A stretch of DNA of 64,000 bases from Azolla caroliniana (Eukaryota; Plantae; Polypodiophyta): assembly GCA_043228905.1 (NCBI GenBank), contig JBHGNT010000047.1, forward strand, positions 1-64,000. The letters run 5' to 3'. This document shows, piece after piece, positions 15,001 to 25,950 of the stretch. The notes below the pieces were generated by a model that was not told the origin of the DNA, did no database searches, and worked only from the letters and a program-made list of their open reading frames with translations. The position numbers and the translations under genes were made by a program. Numbering within the stretch: the first letter of the stretch is position 1; each line of letters opens with the position of its first letter.

Positions 15001-18000
15001 ATTTTGAAACTCAGGTCGAAAGACATGACGAAATTAGCAAACATGAGGAGGGACTTGAGAGGAGCCCTTGAGTAAATTAAAATGTTCATACCTGGCTCGT
15101 GTCATATCGGATTTTTGTGTTCAAACATGCGTATCGAAGCTAACAACACTAGCTATGATATGGAATTAAAAAATCAAGATTTTGAAACTCAGGTCGAGAG
15201 ACATGACGAAATTACCAAATTTGAGTAGTGAGTTGAGAGGAGCCCTTGAGTAAATGAAAATGTTCATACCTGGCTCGTGTAATATAGGATTTTTGTGTTC
15301 AAACATGCGAATCGAAGCTAACAACGCTATCTATGATATGGAATTAAAAAATCAAGATTTTGAAACTCAGGTCGAAAGACATGACGAAATTAGCAAATTT
15401 GAGGAGTGAGTTGAGAAGAGCCCTTGAGTAAATGAAAATGTTCATACCTGGCTCGTGCCATATCGGATTTTTGTGTTCAAACATGCGAATCGAAGCTAAC
15501 AACGTTAGCTATGATATGGAAATAAAAAATCAAGATTTTGAAACTCAGGTCGAGAGAGATGACGAAATTAGCAAACATGAGCAGGGAGTTGAGAGGAGCC
15601 CTTGAGTAAATTAAAATGTTCATACCTGGCTCGTGTCAAATCGCATTTTTGTGTTCAAACATGCGTATCGAAGCTAACAACACTAGCTACGATATGGAAT
15701 TCAAAAATCAAGATTTTGAAACTCAGGTCGAGAGACATGACGAAATTACCAAATTTGAGGAGTGAGTTGAGAGAAGCCCTTGAGTAAATCAAAAGGTTCA
15801 TACCTGGCTCGTGTCATATCGGATTTTTGTGTTCAAACATGCGAATCAAAGCTTACAACACTAGCTACGATATGGAATTAAAAAATCAAGATTTTGAAAC
15901 TCAGGTCGAGAGACATGACGAAATTACCAAATTTGAAGAGGGAGTTGAGAGAAGCCCTTGAGTAAATTAAAATGTTCATACCTGGCTCGTGTAATATGGG
16001 ATTTTTGTGTTCAAACATGCGAATCGAAGCTAACAACACTAGCTATGATATGGAATTAAAAAATCAAGATTTCGAAACTCAGGTCGAGAGACATGATGAA
16101 ATTACCAAATTTGAGGTGTGAGTTGAGAAGAGCCCTTGAGTAAATGAAAATTTTCATACCTGGCTCGTGTAATATAGGATTTTTGTGTTCAAACATGCGT
16201 ATCGAAGCTAACAACACTAGCTACGATATGGAATTCAAAAATCAAGATTTTGAAACTCAGGTCGAGAGACATGACGAAATTACCAAATTTGAGGAGTGAG
16301 TTGAGAGAAGCCCTTGAGTAAATCAAAAGGTTCATACCTGGCTCGTGTCATATCGGATTTTTGTGTTCAAACATGCGAATCAAAGCTTACAACACTAGCT
16401 ACGATATGGAATTAAAAAATCAAGATTTTGAAACTCAGGTCGAGAGACATGACGAAATTACCAAATTTGAAGAGGGAGTTGAGAGAAGCCCTTGAGTAAA
16501 TTAAAATGTTCATACCTGGCTCGTGTAATATGGGATTTTTGTGTTCAAACATGCGAATCGAAGCTAACAACACTAGCTATGATATGGAATTAAAAAATCA
16601 AGATTTCGAAACTCAGGTCGAGAGACATGATGAAATTACCAAATTTGAGTAGTGAGTTGAGAGGAGCCCTTGAGTAAATGAAAATGTTCATACCTGGCTC
16701 GTGTAATATAGGATTTTTGTGTTCAAACATGCGAATCGAAGCTAACAACGCTATCTATGATATGGAATTAAAAAATCAAGATTTTGAAACTCAGGTCGAA
16801 AGACATGACGAAATTAGCAAATTTGAGGAGTGAGTTGAGAAGAGCCCTTGAGTAAATGAAAATGTTCATACCTGGCTCGTGCCATATCGGATTTTTGTGT
16901 TCAAACATGCGAATCGAAGCTAACAACGTTAGCTATGATATGGAATTCAAAAATCAAGATTTTGAAACTCAGGTCGAGAGACATGACGAAATTACCAAAT
17001 TTGAGGAGTGAGTTGAGAGAAGCCCTTGAGTAAATCAAAAGGTTCATACCTGGCTCGTGTCATATCGGATTTTTGTGTTCAAACATGCGAATCAAAGCTT
17101 ACAACACTAGCTACGATATGGAATTAAAAAATCAAGATTTTGAAACTCAGGTCGAGAGACATGACGAAATTACCAAATTTGAAGAGGGAGTTGAGAGAAG
17201 CCCTTGAGTAAATTAAAATGTTCATACCTGGCTCGTGTAATATGGGATTTTTGTGTTCAAACATGCGAATCAAAGCTTACAACACTAGCTACGATATGGA
17301 ATTAAAAAATCAAGATTTTGAAACTCAGGTCGAGAGACATGACGAAATTACCAAATTTGAAGAGGGAGTTGAGAGAAGCCCTTGAGTAAATTAAAATGTT
17401 CATACCTGGCTCGTGTAATATGGGATTTTTGTGTTCAAACATGCGAATCGAAGCTAACAACACTAGCTATGATATGGAATTAAAAAATCAAGATTTCGAA
17501 ACTCAGGTCGAGAGACATGATGAAATTACCAAATTTGAGGTGTGAGTTGAGAAGAGCCCTTGAGTAAATGAAAATGTTCATACCTGGCTCGTGTCATATA
17601 GGATTTTTGTGTTCAAACATGCGAATCGAAGCTAACAACGCTAGCTATGATATGGAATTAAAAAATCAAGATTTTGAAACTCAGGTCGAGAGAGATGACA
17701 AAATTCGCAAACTTGAGGAGGTAGTGGAGAGGAGCCCTTGAGTAAATTAAAATGCTCATACCTGGCTCGCGTCATATCGGATTTTTGTGTTCAAACATGC
17801 GAATCAAAGCTTACAACACTAGCTACGATATGGAATTAAAAAATCAAGATTTTGAAACTCAGGTCGAGAGACGTGACGAAATTACCAAATTTGAAGAGGG
17901 AGTTGAGAGAAGCCCTTGAGTAAATTAAAATGTTCATACCTGGCTCGTGTAATATGGGATTTTTGTGTTCAAACATGCGAATCGAAGCTAACAACACTAG

Positions 18001-21000
18001 CTATGATATGGAATTAAAAATTCAAGATTTTGAAACTCAGGTCGAGAGAGATGACGAAATTCACAAACTTGAGGAGGTAGTGGAGAGGAGCCCTTGAGTA
18101 AATTAAAATGCTCATACCTGGCTCGCGTGATATCGGATTTTTGTGTTCAAACATGCGAATCGAAGCTAACAACGCTAGCTATGATATGGAATTAAAAAAT
18201 CAAGATTTTGAAACTCAGGTCAAAGACATGACGAAATTAGCAAACATGAGGAGGGAGTTGAGAGGAGCCCTTGAGTAAATTAAAATGTTCATACCTGGCT
18301 CGTGTAATATAGGATTTTTGTGTTGAAACATGCGTATCGAAGCTAACAACACTAGCTATGATATGGAATTAAAAAATCAAGATTTTGAAACTCAGGTCGA
18401 GAGACATGACGAAATTACCAAATTTGAGTAGTGAGTTGAGAGGAGCCCTTGAGTAAATGAAAATGTCCATACCTGGCTCGTGTAATATAGGATTTTTGTG
18501 TTCAAACATGCGAATCGAAGCTAACAACGCTAGCTATGATATGGAATTAAAAAATGAAGATTTTGAAACTCAGGTCGAGAGACATGACGAAATTAGCAAA
18601 TTTGAGGAGTGAGTTGAGAGGTGCCCTTGAGTAAATGAAAATGTTCATACCTGGCTCGTGTAATATAGGATTTTTATGTTCAAACATGCGAATCGAAGCT
18701 AACAACACTATCTATGATATGGAATTAAAAAATCAAGATTTTGAAACTCAGGTCGAAAGACATGACGAAATTACCAAATTTGAGGAGTGAGTTGAGAAGA
18801 GCCCTTGAGTAAATGAAAATGTTCATACCTGGCTCGTGCCATATCGGATTTTTGTGTTCAAACATGCGAATCGAAGCTAACAACGTTAGCTATGATATGG
18901 AAATAAAAAATCAAGATTTTCAAACTCAGGTCGAGAGAGATGACGAAATTAGCAAACATGAGCAGGGAGTTGAGAGGAGCCCTTGAGTAAATTAAAATGT
19001 TCATACCTGGCTCGTGTCAAATCGGATTTTTGTGTTCAAACATGCGTATCGAAGCTAATACCACTAGCTATGATATGGAATTAAAAAATCAAGATTTTGA
19101 AACTCAGGTCGAGAGAGATGACAAAATTCGCAAACTTGAGGAGGTAGTGGAGAGGAGCCCTTGAGTAAATTAAAATGCTCATACCTGGCTCGCGTGATAT
19201 CGGATTTTTGTGTTCAAACATGCGAATCAAAGCTTACAACACTAGCTACGATATGGAATTAAAAAATCAAGATTTTGAAACTCAGGTCGAGAGACGTGAC
19301 GAAATTACCAAATTTGAAGAGGGAGTTGAGACAAGCCCTTGAGTAAATTAAAATGTTCATACCTGGCTCGTGTAATATGGGATTTTTGTGTTCAAACATG
19401 CGAATCGAAGCTAACAACACTAGCTATGATATGGAATTAAAAAATCAAGATTTTGAAACTCAGGTCGAGAGACATGATGAAATTACCAAATTTGAGGAGT
19501 GAGTTGAGAAGAGCCCTTGAGTAAATGAAAATGTTCATACCTGGCTCGTGTAATATAGGATTTTTGTGTTCAAACATGAAAATCGAAGCTAACAACGCTA
19601 GCTATGATATGGAATTAAAAAATCAAGATTTTGAAACTCAGGTCGAGAGACATGACGAAATTAGCAAATTTGAGGAGTGAGTTGAGAAGAGCCCTTGAGT
19701 AAATGAAAATGTTCATACCTGGCTCGTGTGATATCGGATTTTTGTGTTCAAACATGCGAATCGAAGCTAACAATGCTAGCTATGATATGAAATTAAAAAT
19801 CAAGATTTTGAAACTCAAGTCGAGAGACATGACGAAATTAGCAAACATGAGGAGGGAGTTGAGAGGAGCCCTTGAGTAAATTAAAATGTTCATACCTGGC
19901 TCGTGTTATATCGGCTTTTTGTGTTCTAACATGCGAATCGAAGCTAACAACACTACCTATGATATGGAATTAAAAAATCAAGATTTTGAAACTCAGGTCG
20001 AGAGAGATGACGAAATTCGCAAACTTGAGGAGGTAGTGGAGAGGAGCCCTTGAGTAAATTAAAATGCTCATACCTGGCTCGCGTGATATCGGATTTTTGT
20101 GTTCAAACATGCGAATCGAAGCTAACAACGCTAGCTATGATATAGATATAAAAAATCAAGATTTTGAAACTCAGGTCGAGAGAGATGACGAAATTAGCAA
20201 ACATGAGCAGGGAGTTGAGAGGAGCCCTTGAGTAAATTAAAATGTTCATACCTGGCTCGTGTAATATGGGATTTTTGTGTTCAAACATGCGAATCGAAGC
20301 TAACAACACTAGCTATGATATGGAATTAAAAAATCAAGATTTTGAAACTCAGGTCGAGAGACATGATGAAATTACCAAATTTGAGGAGTGAGTTGAGAAG
20401 AGCCCTTGAGTAAATGAAAATGTTCATACCTGGCTCGTGTAATATAGGATTTTTGTGTTCAAACATGAAAATCGAAGCTAACAACGCTAGCTATGATATG
20501 GAATTAAAAAATCAAGATTTTGAAACTCAGGTCGAGAGACATGACGAAATTAGCAAATTTGAGGAGTGAGTTGAGAAGAGCCCTTGAGTAAATGAAAATG
20601 TTCATACCTGGCTCGTGTGATATCGGATTTTTGTGTTCAAACATGCGAATCGAAGCTAACAATGCTAGCTATGATATGAAATTAAAAATCAAGATTTTGA
20701 AACTCAAGTCGAGAGACATGACGAAATTAGCAAACATGAGGAGGGAGTTGAGAGGAGCCCTTGAGTAAATTAAAATGTTCATACCTGGCTCGTGTTATAT
20801 CGGCTTTTTGTGTTCTAACATGCGAATCGAAGCTAACAACACTACCTATGATATGGAATTAAAAAATCAAGATTTTGAAACTCAGGTCGAGAGAGATGAC
20901 GAAATTCGCAAACTTGAGGAGGTAGTGGAGAGGAGCCCTTGAGTAAATTAAAATGCTCATACCTGGCTCGCGTGATATCGGATTTTTGTGTTCAAACATG

Positions 21001-21246
21001 CGAATCGAAGCTAACAACGCTAGCTATGATATAGAAATAAAAAATCAAGATTTTGAAACTCAGGTCGAGAGAGATGACGAAATTAGCAAACATGAGCAGG
21101 GAGTTGAGAGGAGCCCTTGAGTAAATTAAAATGTTCATACCTGGCTCGTGTCAGATCGGATTTTTGTGTTCAAACATGCGTATCGAAGCTAACAACACTA
21201 GCTATGATATGGAATTAAAAAATCAAGATTTTGAAAATGTTAATAC
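1..21246 (+). repeat. 178-bp tandem satellite array (about 119 monomers), probably centromeric
   Basis: The unit ATTTTTGTGTTCAAACATGCGAATCGAAGCTAACAACGCTAGCTATGATATGGAATTAAAAAATCAAGATTTTGAAACTC...TGTTCATACCTGGCTCGTGTGATATCGG recurs every 178 bp (starts at 1, 179, 357...). A centromeric role is inferred from monomer length and organisation only. Confidence 0.97.
4680..12685 (+). repeat. Higher-order repeat: 23-monomer block duplicated in tandem, second copy missing one monomer
   Basis: Diagnostic variants recur at offset 4085 (4762/8847, 4993/9078, 6364/10449) and then at 3907 = 4085-178 (7122/11029, 7656/11563). Boundaries approximate. Confidence 0.85.
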
Positions 21247-21835
21247 TGTCGCAATTCCGTGCTCGGCCACAACCGAGGAACTGGATCGATTCACAGAAAA
21301 CGGGAAATACAACAATGCACGAAAAACAATAGAGAGAAGGGTACACTGGATGTTTTACGTGGAAAACCCTAAATGGGAAAAACCACGGGAGTGCAAGACT
21401 CCAACTATCACTATACGCGGGAATGTACAATGGCGAGCTGCAAGGCGACGACCTTGAGCTCACTGTCCTTGCCACAGGCGGCGGTATTACACAGAGGCGT
21501 CGACCTCTTCCTTCCTCTTTCTCTCTCACTCTCTCTCAGCTGCTCTCACTTCGCTCCCTCTTAGTGGAAAACAGAAAAATGAGCAACAACACTAAAACTG
21601 TTTGCCCTAAGTCATATTTATACACATATGACTTTCAGGCTATTTACAAATATAGCTTCAAGGGCCCTTGGCAAACATATTCACAGATATGTCCCCGCAT
21701 CCGGATCTCTCTCCGGGTACATACGGCATCCGGCTCCGTAACCGGGTACTCTTCATCCGGCGGTTCCGTAACAGCCTCCGGGCTTGCCGTCATTCATCTC
21801 CGGACATCCCATCCGGAGGGACCGAAATCCCAACA
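21247..21835 (-). repeat. 3' LTR of copia element 1 (589 bp)
   Basis: Direct repeat of 25951-26567. Minus strand reads TGTTGGGA...GCGACA and follows the PPT. Confidence 0.95.
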
Positions 21836-21847
21836 AACTCCCCCTTC
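21836..21847 (-). other. Polypurine tract of copia element 1
   Basis: Minus strand reads GAAGGGGGAG-TT directly before the 3' LTR, overlapping the pol stop codon. Confidence 0.9.
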
Positions 21848-24800
21848 ACTTCGGCATGGGATGTCTCGCCAACCCGATCCTCTTCCGGCATGCTTCCAGC
21901 TTGTCGGGTGTGAGCACCTTGGTCAGCATATCCGACCCGTTCTCGTCCGTGTGGATCTTCGTCAGCACGAACTCCTTGTCTTCTATCCTTTCCCGGATCC
22001 AGTGGTATCTACGCTGGATGTGTTTCGTCCGGGAATGGTAGGCCGCGTTCTTTGCAAGGTGGATGGCACTCTGACTATCGCAGTAGAGTCGGTACTCCTC
22101 CTGCCGGATACCGAGCTCTCTAACGAAGTCCTTCATCCATATTATTTCCTTGCCGGCTTCAACAGCCGCCATGTACTCCGCCTCCGTGGTTGACAACGCA
22201 ACCGTCTTCTGCAACCTCGACTGCCACGAAACGGCTCCCCCTGCATATGTCATTACATACCCTGATGTAGACCGGCTGGTATCCGCATCAGCCGACATGT
22301 CCGAATCGGTAAATCCATCGAGTTCGGGCTTACCGGAGCCGAATCGGAGGCACATGTTCGAAGTGCCCTTTAAGTATCGGAGTATCCATTTGACCGCGTT
22401 CCAGTGCTCCTTGCCGGGATTACTCATATACCGGCTCACCACTCCGACTGCGTATCCAATGTCCGGTCGGGTACACACCATTGCGTACATCAAGCTCCCG
22501 ACGGCAGAGGCATATGGTATCTTCATCATATCCTCCTTTTCAACTTTTGTCTTGGGACTTTGCTTGCTGGACAACTTGCAGTTTGCCGGGAGTGTTGACC
22601 CGACCGGTCTTGCTTCCGACATGTTGAACCGGTGAAGCACCTTTGTCACGTACTTCTCCTGTGACAGCCACAACTGCTTCTTCTTCCGGTCCCGGATGAT
22701 GTGCATCCCTAGTATTTGCCTCGCCGGACCCAGGTCCTTCATTGAGAAGGTTCGGTGAAGAGCCTTCTTCAGCATCCGTATCTTGACCTGGTCTCGTCCG
22801 ACGATCAACATGTCGTCCACGTATAGGAGGAGTATTAGAAAGTCTCCTCCTTCGTACTTCTTCACAAACACGCAGTGGTCGGACTGCGTTTTGAGGTACC
22901 CTTCGTCGGTCATGAAAGAGTCAAACTTCCGGTACCATTGCCGGGGAGCCTGCTTCAGTCCGTAAAGGCTCTTCTTCAACCGGCATACCAGGTGCTCCTT
23001 CCCTTTCTTCTCGAATCCTTCCGGTTGCTGCATGTAGATCTCTTCATCGAGGTCACCGTGAAGGAATGTCGTCTTCACGTCCATCTGTTCTACCTCGAGG
23101 TCCATGCTTGCCGCTATGCTCAGCACCGTCCGGATGGAGGTCATCTTCACTACCGGGGCAAATATCTCGTCGAAGTCGACGCCCTTCTTCTGCTGAAACC
23201 CCTTCACCACGATCCTGGCTTTGTATCTCGGGGGGTTTCCGGCATCTCCCGGTTTCAGCTTGAACACCCACTTGTTACGGAGTGCCCGTTTTCCTTTCGG
23301 CAGCTCCACAAGTTCATATGTGTGGTTCTCATGCAGGGAATCCATCTCCTCCTGCATGGCACTTAACCACCTGCGGCTATGGGTGTCATGCTTCGCTTCT
23401 TCAAAGCTTTCCGGCTCCCCTTCGTCGGTTAGCAGCACGTGCTCTGGTTCTGGAAATCTCCGGGGGGCCCTTCTCTCTCTTAGAGGATATCTCCTTTCCG
23501 GAGCTTCGGTAACCGGTTCTTCCGATTCTTCTTCATCCGAATCCATTTCGGGATCGGGGCCGGTTCCGGTATTATTTTCATCTTCTTCGGCCGGTTCTGT
23601 TTCTTCACCGTCTTCGGCCGGATCCTCGAGTGCTAACCGGTCCCTTGCCGGTCGGGACTGCTCCTCGTAGAGTTGATCCTCACCGGTCGACTTGGAGCTC
23701 TTCATCTTCTTCTCCGACTCCCAGTCGGCGAGTGTCTTGTCCTCCATGAAGATGATATCTCGACTCCTGAATATCTTCTTGTCGACCGGGTCCCATACTC
23801 GGTAGCCGAACTCGTCGTCGCCGTAACCGAGGAATATGCATGGCCGGGTCTTTGGATCTAGCTTTCCTCTCCGGTCCTTTGCCACATGCACGTATGCGAG
23901 ACACCCGAACACCTTCAGATGCCGGTAGGACACTTCCTTACCGGTCCACACTTTCTGCGGCGTGTCTCCGTCCAACGGTACTGAGGGTGATCTGTTTATC
24001 ACGTATGTCGCCGTCGACATTGCCTCAGCCCAAAACCCCTTGGGTAATTTCGCATGCGCCAGCATACTCCGGACCCTCTCCATTATGGTCCGGTTCATCC
24101 TCTCGGCCAGCCCGTTTAGTTCCGGCGTCTTCGGCACAGTAAACTCGAGCCGGATTCCCTTCGAGCGACAGTACTCCTGGAACTGCCCCCGGTATTCCCC
24201 TCCGTTATCCGCTCGTATCGCTTTCAGCTTCTTGCCGGATTCTCTTTCCACTCTCGCGTGGAGTTCTTTGAAGACGGACAACACTTGGTCCTTTGTCTTC
24301 AACGGTGCCGTCCACAGCTTCCGGCTGTGATCATCAATGAAAGTCACGAAGTACTGGGCTCCGCCATGTGACTTCGTTTCTACCTGACACACATCAGTGT
24401 GCACCAACTCCAATGGTGCGCTACGTCTCGTCGGTGGCCTTGAGTGGAAGGAGGTTCGGTTCTGCTTACCGGCCAGGAAATCGGTGCACTTCTCCAGGTG
24501 CACATGCTTCACTGGAATAAGGTTGTCTTCTGCAAGCCTCTTCATCCCCTTCTCACTCATGTGGCACAGCCTTTTGTGCCACAGCTCACCGGCAGTGTCG
24601 GCTGCCACATTCAGCTCTTCCGGACACAACCAGGCATTCATAAGGTACAGTGTGTTGACTTTCCGGGCCCGAGCCACTATCAGGCTTCCCTTGCTGAACT
24701 TCATTACGCCGTTCCGGATGCTACCTGTGTAACCTTCATCGTCTAGCCTCCCGGCCGAAATCAGGTTCAATCGAACCTCCGGAACGTGTCGGACATCCTT

Positions 24801-25919
24801 CAGTAGCATTTTGCATCCGGTCGGGGTTGTTAACCATACGTCTCCTATGCCGGCAATCCGGCACGTACCTTCATTTCCCATCCGAACGCAGCCATGTTCA
24901 CCGGCTGTGTAGGATGAGAAGTATCTACTTTCCGGGGTCAGGTGGAACGACGCTCCGGAATCGACCACCCAGGTAGTCTCATCGCCGGCAATGTTTAGTT
25001 CACCTTCTTCGGTGATGAGCATGATCTCCTCTTCACTTGCCGCGAGTGCCGTCGTTCCTTTACGGTCCTGCCCTCGCCGATCCGGACCTCTCCGGTCCGT
25101 GGCTCCCCGGTATGCACCGTTTCTCTCCGGTGACTTCTTCGAATCGGTGTCGTCGGCTCCGTTGTCTTTTCGGTAATGCCGACAATTCTTCCGGAAGTGC
25201 CCCGGCTTCCCACAGTGGAAGCATGTGGGTCTTCCTCTTGACTGCGACCGGGTCCCCGACTTCTCCCGTCTTTGCGGACTCCGGTTCCATTGTCTTCCCC
25301 GTTCCGATTCGGTAAGCAGCGCCTTCGAGTCGGAGGCCGGTTCTTTATCTCTCCGACGCGCTTCTTCGTTCAAAATACTTGTCTTTACCGTTTGTAGGGA
25401 CAAGTTATCTTCGGTGCAGGAGGTGCTGAGAGTCACCACCAAGTTCTCCCAGCTGTCCGGCAATGTACACATCAGGATGATGGCTTGCATTGCATCCTCC
25501 AACGGGAACTTGATCGCCGCAAGCTGGTTCACGAATCCCATGAACGTGCTTACGTGTTCCACCATACTCTCGCCGTCCCGGTACTTGAGGTTCACTATCT
25601 TTCTCATCAGGGAGGTCCGGTTCAACGCATTCTTCCTCTCGTAGAGGCCCGACAGCTTCCTCCACATCTCATATGCGTTGGTGTCGTTCGCCACGTGTTG
25701 TAGAACGCTCACGTCGACGTATTGCCGAATGGTTGCAACGGCTTTCCGGTTCAGAAGCCTCCACTCCGTCTCAAGTACCCCCTTGGGTATTTCCGACCTG
25801 TCGATCGGTTCATACAGGTCCCGAACAATGAGCAGATCCTCCATCTTTATCTTCCAGTCGGCATAGTTCTGCGCATTCAGCACCATCATCCCCGGCTGCC
25901 CGCTGCTGCCACCTTCCAT
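21846..25919 (-). CDS. Copia Gag-Pol polyprotein, 1357 aa from the first ATG after the PBS (MEGGSSGQ...)
   Basis: Zinc knuckle CFHCGKPGHFRKNC; protease DSGAS; integrase HTDV / RADNGGEY / AERMNR; RT LKKSLYGLKQAPRQW and YVDD; RNase H DSD / TEAEY / DSQSA / DMLTK. IN-before-RT order defines copia. Confidence 0.96.
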   Translation of the reverse strand: MEGGSSGQPGMMVLNAQNYADWKIKMEDLLIVRDLYEPIDRSEIPKGVLETEWRLLNRKAVATIRQYVDVSVLQHVANDTNAYEMWRKLSGLYERKNALNRTSLMRKIVNLKYRDGESMVEHVSTFMGFVNQLAAIKFPLEDAMQAIILMCTLPDSWENLVVTLSTSCTEDNLSLQTVKTSILNEEARRRDKEPASDSKALLTESERGRQWNRSPQRREKSGTRSQSRGRPTCFHCGKPGHFRKNCRHYRKDNGADDTDSKKSPERNGAYRGATDRRGPDRRGQDRKGTTALAASEEEIMLITEEGELNIAGDETTWVVDSGASFHLTPESRYFSSYTAGEHGCVRMGNEGTCRIAGIGDVWLTTPTGCKMLLKDVRHVPEVRLNLISAGRLDDEGYTGSIRNGVMKFSKGSLIVARARKVNTLYLMNAWLCPEELNVAADTAGELWHKRLCHMSEKGMKRLAEDNLIPVKHVHLEKCTDFLAGKQNRTSFHSRPPTRRSAPLELVHTDVCQVETKSHGGAQYFVTFIDDHSRKLWTAPLKTKDQVLSVFKELHARVERESGKKLKAIRADNGGEYRGQFQEYCRSKGIRLEFTVPKTPELNGLAERMNRTIMERVRSMLAHAKLPKGFWAEAMSTATYVINRSPSVPLDGDTPQKVWTGKEVSYRHLKVFGCLAYVHVAKDRRGKLDPKTRPCIFLGYGDDEFGYRVWDPVDKKIFRSRDIIFMEDKTLADWESEKKMKSSKSTGEDQLYEEQSRPARDRLALEDPAEDGEETEPAEEDENNTGTGPDPEMDSDEEESEEPVTEAPERRYPLRERRAPRRFPEPEHVLLTDEGEPESFEEAKHDTHSRRWLSAMQEEMDSLHENHTYELVELPKGKRALRNKWVFKLKPGDAGNPPRYKARIVVKGFQQKKGVDFDEIFAPVVKMTSIRTVLSIAASMDLEVEQMDVKTTFLHGDLDEEIYMQQPEGFEKKGKEHLVCRLKKSLYGLKQAPRQWYRKFDSFMTDEGYLKTQSDHCVFVKKYEGGDFLILLLYVDDMLIVGRDQVKIRMLKKALHRTFSMKDLGPARQILGMHIIRDRKKKQLWLSQEKYVTKVLHRFNMSEARPVGSTLPANCKLSSKQSPKTKVEKEDMMKIPYASAVGSLMYAMVCTRPDIGYAVGVVSRYMSNPGKEHWNAVKWILRYLKGTSNMCLRFGSGKPELDGFTDSDMSADADTSRSTSGYVMTYAGGAVSWQSRLQKTVALSTTEAEYMAAVEAGKEIIWMKDFVRELGIRQEEYRLYCDSQSAIHLAKNAAYHSRTKHIQRRYHWIRERIEDKEFVLTKIHTDENGSDMLTKVLTPDKLEACRKRIGLARHPMPK

Positions 25920-25935
25920 TTTCTGTGTTACCGTC

Positions 25936-25947
25936 GCTCTGATACCA
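25936..25947 (-). other. Primer-binding site, tRNA-iMet
   Basis: Minus strand TGGTATCAGAGC, 3 nt downstream of the 5' LTR end. Confidence 0.95.
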
Positions 25948-25950
25948 CTT

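Noticed and set aside
1-21246. CRISPR array
   Set aside because: The units are contiguous 178-bp repeats with no unique spacers, there are no cas genes, and the context is eukaryotic.
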